From: a virus
Taxonomy: Duplodnaviria; Caudoviricetes
Reading direction: 5' to 3' (one strand)
Length of the DNA stretch: 64,000 bases
IMG/VR virus record: IMGVR_UViG_3300032321_002024
Coordinates: 1 to 64,000 of that record
Shown here: positions 29,001 to 37,755 of the stretch, piece by piece
Numbering within the stretch: the first letter of the stretch is position 1
Layout of the letters: every line of letters begins with the position of its first letter
The notes under the pieces: generated by a model
Databases searched by the model: none
What the model was told of the DNA's origin: nothing
The model's input: the letters and a program-made list of their open reading frames with translations, nothing else
Position numbers and translations under genes: made by a program

Positions 29001-31914
29001 CCCAACTGGTTTAAATGAGGTTATTAGAATCAATGGCGGTGTTGTTCAAAACTTTTTGGCCAATCCAAATCAGACAATTCAAAATACAAGTTATGATATA
29101 CCGGGATTGACTCATAGTATATTCTATGACCCTGTGTATGAGGCTATTTATGTTTATGGTTCTGCTAGTCTTTGGAAAATTGACAATGATGCTTATGAGC
29201 AAATTAGTGGAATCGCTACTCAACCGTTTGCGGATATAATTTTTAATAATTATTCATCACAAATAAACATATCGGATTCAAATAGTGATTTTACAGTTTT
29301 GGACCTTGGGACTACGAGTTTCACAACATTAGGATATCCATCTTCTTTATATGGTTATTTAGGTATGAGTCAATTTGATAATGATGTTTATATGAGTGTT
29401 CAAGGACCAGGTATTACAAAAATTGTAATTATTTCGTCAGAAACTGGTCAAATTAAAGACCAAATTACCATTTCTGCACAAGCTGGTAGAATTATTTATA
29501 ACCCTGAGAGAAAATCTATGTGGAGTTATCAGCCTTCAAATAACTCATTTGTTGAAATTGAGGTAGAAATTAATCAAATTATAACTCAGGTTGCTAGCAC
29601 ATTCTCTCAAATTGCTGAAAATAATTATGGAACTTTAGATCCGGATTATACTCCAAGAGAGAGTGTGTGGTTGAAAACAAGAGATTACTTTAGAAGACCG
29701 AGAGAAAATTTTGAAGGAGATGTTGCTGTCAAGTATTATTGGAAGTTCATGACTGACCAAACACCACAGTTTTTTATGTATGACTTCTCTGGTGAACAAC
29801 TGGAGTCAACTGGAGATTATGCTTATACTGGAGTTAAACCACTAACAAATATTTATCTTAACAAAAAGCCTAATAGAGAATTAGATAAAGTTTCTTTTGA
29901 AGAATATCAACAAACTGTTTTTGATAAAATCGAATATACACTTAGTTATATTGATGATTCTGATGATGTAACGGTTGAAGCATCATCTTTAGAACTTTTC
30001 TTAGGTTTTAGATCCGAAGAAGAAGGTGCTTTAAGATCTGTTCTTCAACTTTACAAAAAAGAAGAAATTGAATTTGATATTTTATCATCTTCTATAACTA
30101 ATATAACTTTCGAAACTTTAGATCCGGATGGTGACAAAAGGGGTAGAATAATGATAAATGAAACATCTACTGAGAATTTTACTGGTAGAGGCTTAAAAAT
30201 CGGCCAACATATTGTTATGTATATAAAAGATACAACTAATCAGTTTGGTCAATATATTTCAGAAAATAATGGACTCTTTGTAAAAATTAGAGAAGTTTAT
30301 ACTAAACAATTGATTGTGGATTTCTTTAGTCCTAATTTTGACTTTTTAGCTACTGAGAATACAAAACTAGTAGACTATCCGAAAGCTGGTAAAACGACTT
30401 ATTTAAAATCGACTTTCAGAGTTAGAGATAGAGAGATAGGTAGATTCTTAACTTATGGTGAAACTGAGGATGAAGATATAAGATATAAAATCGAATTAAA
30501 TAATGTTGGTAAATTAATAAGCCCTAATGAAGTATTTATATTTAAAGAATATGATATAAACGAAGGTGGAGTTGATTGGACTTACTTAAACATGAAAAGA
30601 AAAGAGATGTTGATGACTAAAGATGTCATTTATCCTTATGTCGGGGCTTATAAATCAATTATTAATGCTATTAATTACTTTGGTTATAATGATTTACAGT
30701 TAAACGAATACTATGAGCAAGTAGAGGGTCTACAAAATAGAAGTCTTACTATTAGCACTGGTGGTAGAGTCTTAAGTAGTGGTAGAACTACATTTACTAA
30801 TAGAGGTAGACAACTTTTTAAGATTGAGATACCTGATATTTTTGATAATACTGTAAAAGGATGGTCTGAAAAAGATTATATCACAAGTGAGTATTTAACA
30901 AGTGATAAGTTTAAGGCTACTAATTCTTTTAACCTAACTTATTTTATAACCGATAAAGAAGGTAATTACATATTAAATTACTCATTAGAAGAGGTTATAA
31001 TTAAATTACAGGGTTTAAAATACTGGTTAAAGAGAAACATCATACCGATGACTCATAAAATTTTAGATATTACTGGAAACGCTTATACCGAAACGGCTCA
31101 GAACTTAACACATAATGTTTATGATTGTAGAGTGATTAATATTAAGGAACAGATGACACCGGTTACCTTTAAAATGAATGAAGTTTATCTTTCTCCGGTT
31201 AATAGTGGATCTACTGTTTATAATTGTGTTTTAGATTTTTATAGCATAATCGAAGATTTAGGAGCTGATTACAATCCTAATCAAATTGTAAATGGTAGTG
31301 GTGAGTTATTAAGAAAACCCAGACCTTATTATGAATATGCTGATAAATTAGTTTCTCCTGATATCTTTGATGTGAAAATTAGAACTTATAAAACTTATAA
31401 AGAATGGGCTCCTTATGTCACATATGAAGAAGGAGATAAAGTTATCTATTATGATAAACTATATGAATCAACTAAAGATAACAATAAACTAAACAATCCA
31501 AGAAAATATGAAAATGTTTTATATTGGCAACCAAGTTCTAAATATAAAGTTTCCGATGTTGTTGAGTATAACAGAGAGTTTTATGTCTTTTCGGGTTTAG
31601 GTGGTCAATCTACATCAGCTCCATCATTCTTTCCACAAAGTTGGTTAAAAATAACAGAGTGGAGATTACTTGATTATGAACCAGTTCAGATAATAACAGA
31701 ACAAAGAAAAGGAACTAATCTATTACCTTTTAACTTTACGGTTGATTCAAACATAGATCCGTTTATTACTATTGAGGTAACTTCGCATAGTGGTTATGGG
31801 GTTGTTTTTTCGGATAAAAAGAATTACTATTTAAAAGGAACTAAAGATATTACTGAGCCTTATAGACCTATCGATAAATTAGGACCATTTGTTCCTATAA
31901 CACCTGTTTATTAA
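26014..31914 (+). CDS. Very large baseplate/tail structural protein with beta-propeller region and CBM5/12-like repeats
   Basis: 1966 aa; propeller-like repeats (MEFNTTNNYLY, MEINPVNGDVY, IFYDPVYEAIY); WAPYVTYEEGDKVIY and WQPSSKYKVSDVVEY; YVGAYKSIINAINYFGY wedge-like segment; late promoter. Confidence 0.6.
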   Translation: MSNHKKLFFFNKEGDYLNFKYNETTDRFEGDILFHKNSTDTYKTAAVYTLENIPSFEYELPGELTTKKFQLFNEKGFHFYGSKTLVEERVSKIEPVNNDPAFYTKWIYGDGFETKFPIGTLIKFDTTFLEFNNTNQVYTVISTGGSKIMVVSMMDNATFEAQYQSTYIEPENYIDITISGVNAFGVYDYRDSNYIPKLSLWNEREFFDEYYYGRKLNIVGSDKNDGIITVTSSNFNDLTHFEYSLDRNDLPLDTNLIMEVLTRTDVPLVYQGGMTLNGNRIEIKELLRYPQGLKPGTEFRIVASQSSATNFYKVAAIQEFREITSTTAFNVEDQVIWNGKIYQCVVAYTQSISNLATSNIIPENTDYWANPTYVGVENNFAFEDFLSAQLFLTSDRYYYTYGWTYSAETTLASFAQKFKSSLEIFNIDLYYSNKKLRADLKYPSKYAVVNFYHTDIGPTYSIGGVDQTVERIVGVTEKLNQELNYNYSENKKYVIVFTDIDDFGFKVVINNQVYDEEAVLVYSGSYIDMERSIDKTLRNWLKRWYIDLMALGVLVELKYTGSFTSVFYNSIVIKSQYPNVDVQVNDILVGTTAFYFLEHSKVLFTNIGTYLNINIDGDDYGLTVSTVGATPSVSQALLDWETLYSDTVSDLHSVQVKAYNTILKFDLLDPGPRLSAAGLNLDYTITTGKVSLPGLPDYTIQENLTGNPGVLVASNEIKLPASSTFSFEDAGFATGMALTINNTFYTYVNQDFVILNLDPKSLNLSYQGPFWGLTANPCLVSPFQITGYDSGFSQSSCIVPITPTSSVMGPFYPPMFDPSFSIFISTFNVYTTNYYQGYPGIVDIEYLELSNSIYAFGDYLVSVDAYFGTLNATVSLPGNTQSIEMEFNTTNNYLYLLSKKKMFVVDPTSNSLISNITFPSLSYNAFDMEINPVNGDVYVSYDNVARVDIWEFDNLTSSPSVTLNTSTSNFPPLATRTGAMVFNDFEGDMYVTTQGNPTGLNEVIRINGGVVQNFLANPNQTIQNTSYDIPGLTHSIFYDPVYEAIYVYGSASLWKIDNDAYEQISGIATQPFADIIFNNYSSQINISDSNSDFTVLDLGTTSFTTLGYPSSLYGYLGMSQFDNDVYMSVQGPGITKIVIISSETGQIKDQITISAQAGRIIYNPERKSMWSYQPSNNSFVEIEVEINQIITQVASTFSQIAENNYGTLDPDYTPRESVWLKTRDYFRRPRENFEGDVAVKYYWKFMTDQTPQFFMYDFSGEQLESTGDYAYTGVKPLTNIYLNKKPNRELDKVSFEEYQQTVFDKIEYTLSYIDDSDDVTVEASSLELFLGFRSEEEGALRSVLQLYKKEEIEFDILSSSITNITFETLDPDGDKRGRIMINETSTENFTGRGLKIGQHIVMYIKDTTNQFGQYISENNGLFVKIREVYTKQLIVDFFSPNFDFLATENTKLVDYPKAGKTTYLKSTFRVRDREIGRFLTYGETEDEDIRYKIELNNVGKLISPNEVFIFKEYDINEGGVDWTYLNMKRKEMLMTKDVIYPYVGAYKSIINAINYFGYNDLQLNEYYEQVEGLQNRSLTISTGGRVLSSGRTTFTNRGRQLFKIEIPDIFDNTVKGWSEKDYITSEYLTSDKFKATNSFNLTYFITDKEGNYILNYSLEEVIIKLQGLKYWLKRNIIPMTHKILDITGNAYTETAQNLTHNVYDCRVINIKEQMTPVTFKMNEVYLSPVNSGSTVYNCVLDFYSIIEDLGADYNPNQIVNGSGELLRKPRPYYEYADKLVSPDIFDVKIRTYKTYKEWAPYVTYEEGDKVIYYDKLYESTKDNNKLNNPRKYENVLYWQPSSKYKVSDVVEYNREFYVFSGLGGQSTSAPSFFPQSWLKITEWRLLDYEPVQIITEQRKGTNLLPFNFTVDSNIDPFITIEVTSHSGYGVVFSDKKNYYLKGTKDITEPYRPIDKLGPFVPITPVY

Positions 31915-31918
31915 TCAT

Positions 31919-31945
31919 AAAAAAACCCTCTTTGAGAGGGTTTTT
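31919..31945. terminator. Bidirectional intrinsic terminator
   Basis: AAAAAAACCCTCT-TTG-AGAGGGTTTTT between convergent genes. Confidence 0.85.
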
Positions 31946-31961
31946 AATTTATTGAATTATA

Positions 31962-32615
31962 TTATTCAGTTGGTTGTGGGAATTGAGCTGGAACAGTTCC
32001 TTCAAGAAATACACCTTCCTCGAAAGTAAGAACCCAATCTTGAATATCTTTTGATAAATTCTTACCAGTGGCGTCATAGTAGTTGAAGATTTTACTAATA
32101 GCTCCAATCGTCATTAGTATCTGAGAGAATAAAGTAGAATCTTTTCCAAGTCCTTTTACTTTGTGATTTTGAATCAAGTGATAGATATAAGTAACTTCGG
32201 TAGCTGTCACTGCAAAAGGTAGAACTTCCTGATTAGTGAATTTTGATGATTTAATTTCCGTTAAAACTTTGTTTAACTCAATTGCAAAAAACACAGTATT
32301 TACATCATATTCTAATTTAGAATAAATTAAATCAGTTAAAAATTTCCATTGGTCTTTATTTAGATAGAAGTTGTATTTAGTTCCTTCTAAAGTGTCAATG
32401 AATTCTTTCCAAATTTTTTGAGATTCAGCATAAAGTGAGTCTTGTTCTTGAGGAGTTTTTCCTTTACCTGATTCATTTTTCATAAATTGATTTATTTCCT
32501 CAATTTTAGAATCCAATGATACTTCATTCTCATTGTTGATGTGTGAGTATTCAGTTCCTAAATATTCAAATTTAGTTTCTGGTTTAACAACGTTAGTTTC
32601 AATTTTTCTTGTCAT
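31962..32615 (-). CDS. Hypothetical protein
   Basis: 217-aa ORF, phage-typical codon usage. Confidence 0.75.
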   Translation of the reverse strand: MTRKIETNVVKPETKFEYLGTEYSHINNENEVSLDSKIEEINQFMKNESGKGKTPQEQDSLYAESQKIWKEFIDTLEGTKYNFYLNKDQWKFLTDLIYSKLEYDVNTVFFAIELNKVLTEIKSSKFTNQEVLPFAVTATEVTYIYHLIQNHKVKGLGKDSTLFSQILMTIGAISKIFNYYDATGKNLSKDIQDWVLTFEEGVFLEGTVPAQFPQPTE

Positions 32616-32635
32616 TTCTTTTATTTTATTTTTTA

Positions 32636-32875
32636 TTAACCTTTAATAATTTCTTCTTGTGAGCCAAAAAGCTCATTTAAAGTTTCTAGTTTATCTTTTG
32701 AGTTAGTGTATTTTTCAATCCACTTATCATGCTCTTCCATTAAGTCAGAGTGTTCTCCGATAGCTACTAAATTGTTTACATAAAGTGCTAAATTTGCTTT
32801 TGCTTCTGCCATCTCAGCTTCGTATTTTTTTCTTAAAGCTGTGATGTAATTCATTCCTAGTTTTGTTGTTTCCAT
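32636..32875 (-). CDS. Small conserved phage coiled-coil protein (IGEH motif)
   Basis: ALRKKYEAEMAEAKANL...AIGEHSDL. Confidence 0.65.
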   Translation of the reverse strand: METTKLGMNYITALRKKYEAEMAEAKANLALYVNNLVAIGEHSDLMEEHDKWIEKYTNSKDKLETLNELFGSQEEIIKG

Positions 32876-32877
32876 AA

Positions 32878-33306
32878 TCATATAATAAATTCTTCGTTTT
32901 TTGCGTCTTTTTGTTGCTCCTGATATAACTCTTCTACTTTGTTAGCTCTTGCTACCTTTTCTACGCCATATTTGTTTACAAGAGAAGAGAATGTGTTTAA
33001 GTCTGTTTTTACAAGTTTGATTTTTCCTGAATCCAGATTGATGTTAACTTTGTCAATTTCTTGTTCGAATAAAATCGTAGCTGATTCTTCATCATAAGTA
33101 TTTAACAAATCTTCGTTGATGCTCACTTTTAATTCTTTTTGTAGAATAAAAGAAATATCATCTGCGATTTTAGCAATTTTTATTAAATTCTTTTGTTTTG
33201 AATCTCCAATAAATTGAAATTTAATTGCTATAGGAAATGATTTTTTATTAAAAACGTTAAAAAAATCATCAATTGTGTCTTGTGACAACTCATAAAATCT
33301 ATCCAT
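32878..33306 (-). CDS. Putative phage metallopeptidase-like protein with degenerate active site
   Basis: ILFEQEIDK...LVKTDLNTFSSLVNKYG parallels the HELxH...HDxEEFxxVxxRYG family but lacks the His residues. Confidence 0.45.
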   Translation of the reverse strand: MDRFYELSQDTIDDFFNVFNKKSFPIAIKFQFIGDSKQKNLIKIAKIADDISFILQKELKVSINEDLLNTYDEESATILFEQEIDKVNINLDSGKIKLVKTDLNTFSSLVNKYGVEKVARANKVEELYQEQQKDAKNEEFII

Positions 33307-33351
33307 ATTAATCTTTTTTATTTTATAAATAAAAATGCTGTAAAAGTTTAA

Positions 33352-33768
33352 TTAAAGAAAGAAAATCAATGAAAATATAATAGAAGTTAATATAAGTAAA
33401 GGTGTTACAATATAATAAACTGTGTTATAATATCTTTGACTTTCGAAAAGTGAAAATCCAATTACCAATAAATATGAATATTTCTCTACTTTTCTAATTT
33501 CATAAACTCTAAAAAGTTCTTGAAGTCCCCTTTCGTTTAGTGTTTGAGTTAATTCTCCACTAAATCCTCTAATATATGTTTCTGATATTCTGTCTATGTC
33601 TTGTTTTTTAAGAGCATAGGCTTCACCAATTAATTCCTCTGGGACATTAATCACAGTGTATAATCTTTGTGCAGAATCTATTCTTAAATTGAATTTTTGT
33701 TGTAATTCAAATTTAGATTCTTTAATGGTTTTTCTCCAAAGAAAAAAAAGTTTAAGTCTTTTCAGCAT
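33352..33768 (-). CDS. Hypothetical membrane protein (C-terminal TM)
   Basis: YYIVTPLLILTSIIFSLIFFL. Confidence 0.7.
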   Translation of the reverse strand: MLKRLKLFFLWRKTIKESKFELQQKFNLRIDSAQRLYTVINVPEELIGEAYALKKQDIDRISETYIRGFSGELTQTLNERGLQELFRVYEIRKVEKYSYLLVIGFSLFESQRYYNTVYYIVTPLLILTSIIFSLIFFL

Positions 33769-33818
33769 AATTATTATATTATATATCTAAATGTTTGTTT
33801 TTTGTTCAAAATAATAGT

Positions 33819-34085
33819 TTACTTTTTTAAAAAAATTCTAAGTATTTTTTTTATTCTTCTATAATTTTTTGGTGGTGTATAAATGGAAGAATCAACATCT
33901 CTTATATAAACACCTGGGCTTATATACTTATTACCCATTTTTCCTATGTTATTTTGTTGTGTTTCATTATCTATATGAGCATTGGCATACTGAGACATCC
34001 AGTCAGCTTTTGATCCAGTCATACCCATAGAGCCTAAAATATTAGACCACTTTTTCATTATATCTTTCTTACTTGGTTGTTTCAT
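33819..34085 (-). CDS. Small chimeric protein: capsid-propeptide-like segment plus tail-sheath N-terminal motif
   Basis: NKYISPGVYIRDVDSSIYTPP aligns with this phage's sheath N-terminus GKYKRPGIFLEEFDKSVITSP. Confidence 0.6.
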   Translation of the reverse strand: MKQPSKKDIMKKWSNILGSMGMTGSKADWMSQYANAHIDNETQQNNIGKMGNKYISPGVYIRDVDSSIYTPPKNYRRIKKILRIFLKK

Positions 34086-34131
34086 AAAACAAAAAAACTT
34101 TTCTTGTTATAGAAAAGTTTTTATTTATTGT

Positions 34132-34890
34132 TTAAATTTCGTATTTATTCTTTAGTCCATTTTTTGGAACGTCTCTGTGACTAATCTTCCAAAGGTCGTC
34201 TTTTGATAGTTTTACTAACTGTTGAAGAAGATTCAGATTTTTTTGATACTCATTCATATTTGGTTGTTCTCTATTATGAAAAAGATGATAACATCTATAA
34301 TCCATTTGTTTCCAATTTAAAAATTGTTGAACTTTAAGTGAAACAAAATCGTCTTCTGCACCCCAACCAATAAAGTTTTCATTCCATCCGGCAATCTTGT
34401 TTATTGTTTCTCTTCTAAAGATACAAATTCCGCCACAAATTGGAACTTTTTGATGATCAGTTTCTCCTCTACCTGGTCGGTTGATTTGTATAATCTGTTC
34501 TAATTGAAGATTAGCCTCATTTGATTCCAAGTCTACTACTGATTTGTATGGGTTAACCATATCGTGTGTTTCGATTTGTTTTAGGGCATCAATTAATTGA
34601 TTTGGATGCATAATTAAATCAGAGTCTGCAAAAACAATAATATCTGATTTTGCCATTTTAGTTGCATAGTTAAAACTCCAAGATTTGTTATAAGGTTTGT
34701 CTGATTTTAAGAAAAGATGTCTACATCTAAGGCTTAAATGAGAAATTTTTGAGTGAGTATCTTGTTCAACTACGATTACGTCTACTCCCTGGAATCCGTT
34801 AATCCAGTCTAATACTCTTCTAAGATTTTGTAGTCGGTCTGGTTTATGTCTGTAACCGATGATATAAGTGAAAGAATGTCCATTATTCAT
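34132..34890 (-). CDS. Glycosyltransferase (GT2/GT7 galactosyltransferase-like)
   Basis: VVEQD, YNKSWSFN, FADSD, GWNENFIGWGAEDD, HLFH. Confidence 0.85.
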   Translation of the reverse strand: MNNGHSFTYIIGYRHKPDRLQNLRRVLDWINGFQGVDVIVVEQDTHSKISHLSLRCRHLFLKSDKPYNKSWSFNYATKMAKSDIIVFADSDLIMHPNQLIDALKQIETHDMVNPYKSVVDLESNEANLQLEQIIQINRPGRGETDHQKVPICGGICIFRRETINKIAGWNENFIGWGAEDDFVSLKVQQFLNWKQMDYRCYHLFHNREQPNMNEYQKNLNLLQQLVKLSKDDLWKISHRDVPKNGLKNKYEI

Positions 34891-34910
34891 TAAAAATAAT
34901 TATTTTTTAT

Positions 34911-35639
34911 TTATACTACTGATATATTGATTTGTTTTGATTCTATGAACTTTTTAACTTCTATTGGTTCATTCTCTTCACCTTTGTAGAATTTAGATAA
35001 TGGTAATATTTTATCAGAGTCTAATGTGTCTACTATTATATCATTATATAAATGTCTTCCAAATTCTAACCATATTTTGTGTTCATAATTTGTTTTGTGT
35101 GTTTTGTGGTATATAATTTCATCTTTTATGTGATATACATTTAGTCTATTTTTTAAGGCACAAATAGGAATCCAGTAATCCCACCAAGGCATTCCAATTA
35201 CATATTTTTCATTTTTAAATAAAGAGGCATATTTTGAGTTAAATATAAAAATATCATATCCGTATATAAACGGATATTTTTCACCATTGTCTAACTCATA
35301 TCTAGTTCCTATAAAAATTCCGTTTATTAGATATCTATTTTTAATATTTATATCTAATTCATCGGTCAAAATTATATCGGAGTTTATTATTGCTGATACT
35401 CCATTTGATACTTTTTCAATGGAATCTAATATAGAGTTTAATTTTATTAGTTTTTTATTTTTGTATAAATATGTATCATCAGTTTCTATAAAATTTACAT
35501 TTTTATAGATATCTTTTATTCTTTCAATCTCTTCTTTTCTATTTACTGAATAGACTTTATATTTTTTAGTCCAAGAAGATATAGCATTTAATTGAGTGTT
35601 ACTGAGATCATTTGGATTTATTGTAGTAAATATCTCCAT
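34911..35639 (-). CDS. Putative GT-A fold glycosyltransferase
   Basis: INSDII, GYDIFIF, IGMPWWDYW, HKTH. Confidence 0.6.
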   Translation of the reverse strand: MEIFTTINPNDLSNTQLNAISSWTKKYKVYSVNRKEEIERIKDIYKNVNFIETDDTYLYKNKKLIKLNSILDSIEKVSNGVSAIINSDIILTDELDINIKNRYLINGIFIGTRYELDNGEKYPFIYGYDIFIFNSKYASLFKNEKYVIGMPWWDYWIPICALKNRLNVYHIKDEIIYHKTHKTNYEHKIWLEFGRHLYNDIIVDTLDSDKILPLSKFYKGEENEPIEVKKFIESKQINISVV

Positions 35640-35641
35640 AA

Positions 35642-35854
35642 TTATTTTAACTTTTTTAAGTCGTTATCTATAGGTAATTGTAAATCAAAGTCATGATTTT
35701 TTGACACAATACTTCCTTCTTTACAGGTTGCAGAATTGCAACAATTATAAAAGTTACAATATGACCATTCAACTTCTTGTTTTTCTGTTAAGTATATAAA
35801 TATTGATTCATCTAAATGTTGTCCGCTTCTTTGAAATGATGATATTATATCCAT
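35642..35854 (-). pseudogene. Truncated sulfotransferase-like fragment
   Basis: ISSFQRSGQH (PAPS-binding loop-like) and SKNHDF, stopping at 70 aa before the expected RxP motif. Confidence 0.45.
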
Positions 35855-36543
35855 TTTTCTATTTCATTTTTAATTTCATCTGTTAATCCACCGTATGACC
35901 AATATTGTTTACCTATTGGTGGCTCATAAGAGTAACTATCTGTATTTGTGAGTTTATAATTATCTGGTTCATTATAAAATAACCAAGCACCAATTGCGTT
36001 AAATTCTGAAAATTTCTTACTAAACTTATTCATTATAGTATCTTCGATATCATATTCTTCATTGATTTTTTCAATTGTACTTCTATGATAAATTAAAGGC
36101 AATCTTCGCATAAATTCATAATCTAATTCTCTTCCTATAAATTTCTCAGTAACTTCTTTCCAACAAATGGCATCCCCTACTTTTGAGTAATCTGTATATA
36201 ATATTTCAGGTTTATCATCATCTATTAAATTTTGTAAATCTATTTCTTTATTAAAAATTAAATCAGAATCTGAATATAATATAAATTTCGATTTACAATA
36301 TTTATGAGCAGTCATTTTTATAAACTGTTGATATATGTAACCATTACCATATTCATTTACAAAATAAACTTCACAATTTAGTTCGTTTATTAAGTCATAA
36401 TTTAATAATTCTTTTTCTTTTTCGGGTATAATTATTATTATTTTATTATAACCAGTTAGATACTTTTTTATTGATTTTAATGAGTAATATAACCACTCAA
36501 AATCTTTTGCATATGATTTGTAAAATATGTCTATCATGCCCAA
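35845..36543 (-). CDS. Putative nucleotide-diphospho-sugar transferase (DUF6492-like)
   Basis: GYIYQQFIKM, YSDSD, FSEFNAIG. Confidence 0.65.
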   Translation of the reverse strand: MGMIDIFYKSYAKDFEWLYYSLKSIKKYLTGYNKIIIIIPEKEKELLNYDLINELNCEVYFVNEYGNGYIYQQFIKMTAHKYCKSKFILYSDSDLIFNKEIDLQNLIDDDKPEILYTDYSKVGDAICWKEVTEKFIGRELDYEFMRRLPLIYHRSTIEKINEEYDIEDTIMNKFSKKFSEFNAIGAWLFYNEPDNYKLTNTDSYSYEPPIGKQYWSYGGLTDEIKNEIEKWI

Positions 36544-37121
36544 AAGTTTATTTTTACACCAAGTTCTTCTATTTTTCTAATAAGTTCCATTTTTGATTCA
36601 TGTGTTTCTTTTGGCATATATCTATCGTGGAACTCTACATATATTTCTGATAGTTTATTTATCGAACCATCATTTAGAATATGTCTAAGTACATCAAACT
36701 CAGCTCCTTCGATATCCATTTTGCATATAATTTGAGTATCTGGTAAACTTTTTATAAATTCACCAAAATCGATACAATCAACTTCTATTTTGTTTTCGGA
36801 TCTTTCATCCATATATTCATTTCCTATATTATCAATAGATGAGCACCAACCATCAATATCAGAAACACCGTCATTTGGTGACCCACTTTTTGTTTTTTTA
36901 TGATTTTCCTGATTAAATATTACTTTACCGTTTTTAATCCATACGGCTTTGTTATGAGCTTCTATTTCAAATGGTATACTTTTAACTCTCTCAAGTATGT
37001 TACATTCTGGATTTGCTTCAAATGTGTAAATTTTGAAATTATCATCAATAATTCCATTACTTATGAACTCATTTAATCCTTCACATAGGTGAGTTCCGCA
37101 ATCAATAAATATTTTTTTCAT
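36534..37121 (-). CDS. FkbM-family methyltransferase
   Basis: FIDCGTH, FEANP, NKAVW, KMDIEGAEF, YVEFH. Confidence 0.9.
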   Translation of the reverse strand: MKKIFIDCGTHLCEGLNEFISNGIIDDNFKIYTFEANPECNILERVKSIPFEIEAHNKAVWIKNGKVIFNQENHKKTKSGSPNDGVSDIDGWCSSIDNIGNEYMDERSENKIEVDCIDFGEFIKSLPDTQIICKMDIEGAEFDVLRHILNDGSINKLSEIYVEFHDRYMPKETHESKMELIRKIEELGVKINFWA

Positions 37122-37744
37122 TATAATTCTAATTTTTTTTGTGGTAAACCAGCGTGAGTGACGTCCATTTCAACATCTTTGTTAAAAGAATTTCTATTTT
37201 CAGCTCTACCTTCGTGATTTGGATGGAATACACATTTTAAGTCGGTAAAATTCCAACTATTTTCCCAGTGATAAGAATTACCAAATGACAATAAACCTTG
37301 ATCGTCAGTGATTCCAAATCTACTGAGATTTTTTGGCATTTTTTCTAACCATTCTTCCCAAAATAATTTATTTCCTATAAAAATACTAACACCATATGGT
37401 GATGTAATCTCTGAATTTTCAATAAAATTTGGATAGTTTAATTCATCAAAACAGTATCTATGTGAAGTTGCCCATGCTGGCTCTTTTTTACTTTTAATAA
37501 ATTCAAAAACTTTAAGAATTGGTTCGGTTAGTATTATATCCGAATCCATATGTGCTCCTACATCATGTTTTATCAGTTCTTCAACTAATTCATGACAGTA
37601 AATATGACCAACTCTGGCTAAACTTGTCCATTTTAATCCTAATAAAGCCCAACTATCTTGAGCCCATTTTTGATTATCTAAATGTTGTTTTGTGCAAGGA
37701 AATCCGCTTTCCTCAAATCTAACTGCGCTAACTAAATTATACAT
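37121..37744 (-). CDS. Putative glycosyltransferase-like protein
   Basis: MDSDIIL, FHPNH; located within the glycosylation island. Confidence 0.5.
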   Translation of the reverse strand: MYNLVSAVRFEESGFPCTKQHLDNQKWAQDSWALLGLKWTSLARVGHIYCHELVEELIKHDVGAHMDSDIILTEPILKVFEFIKSKKEPAWATSHRYCFDELNYPNFIENSEITSPYGVSIFIGNKLFWEEWLEKMPKNLSRFGITDDQGLLSFGNSYHWENSWNFTDLKCVFHPNHEGRAENRNSFNKDVEMDVTHAGLPQKKLEL

Positions 37745-37755
37745 AATTTTATTAA

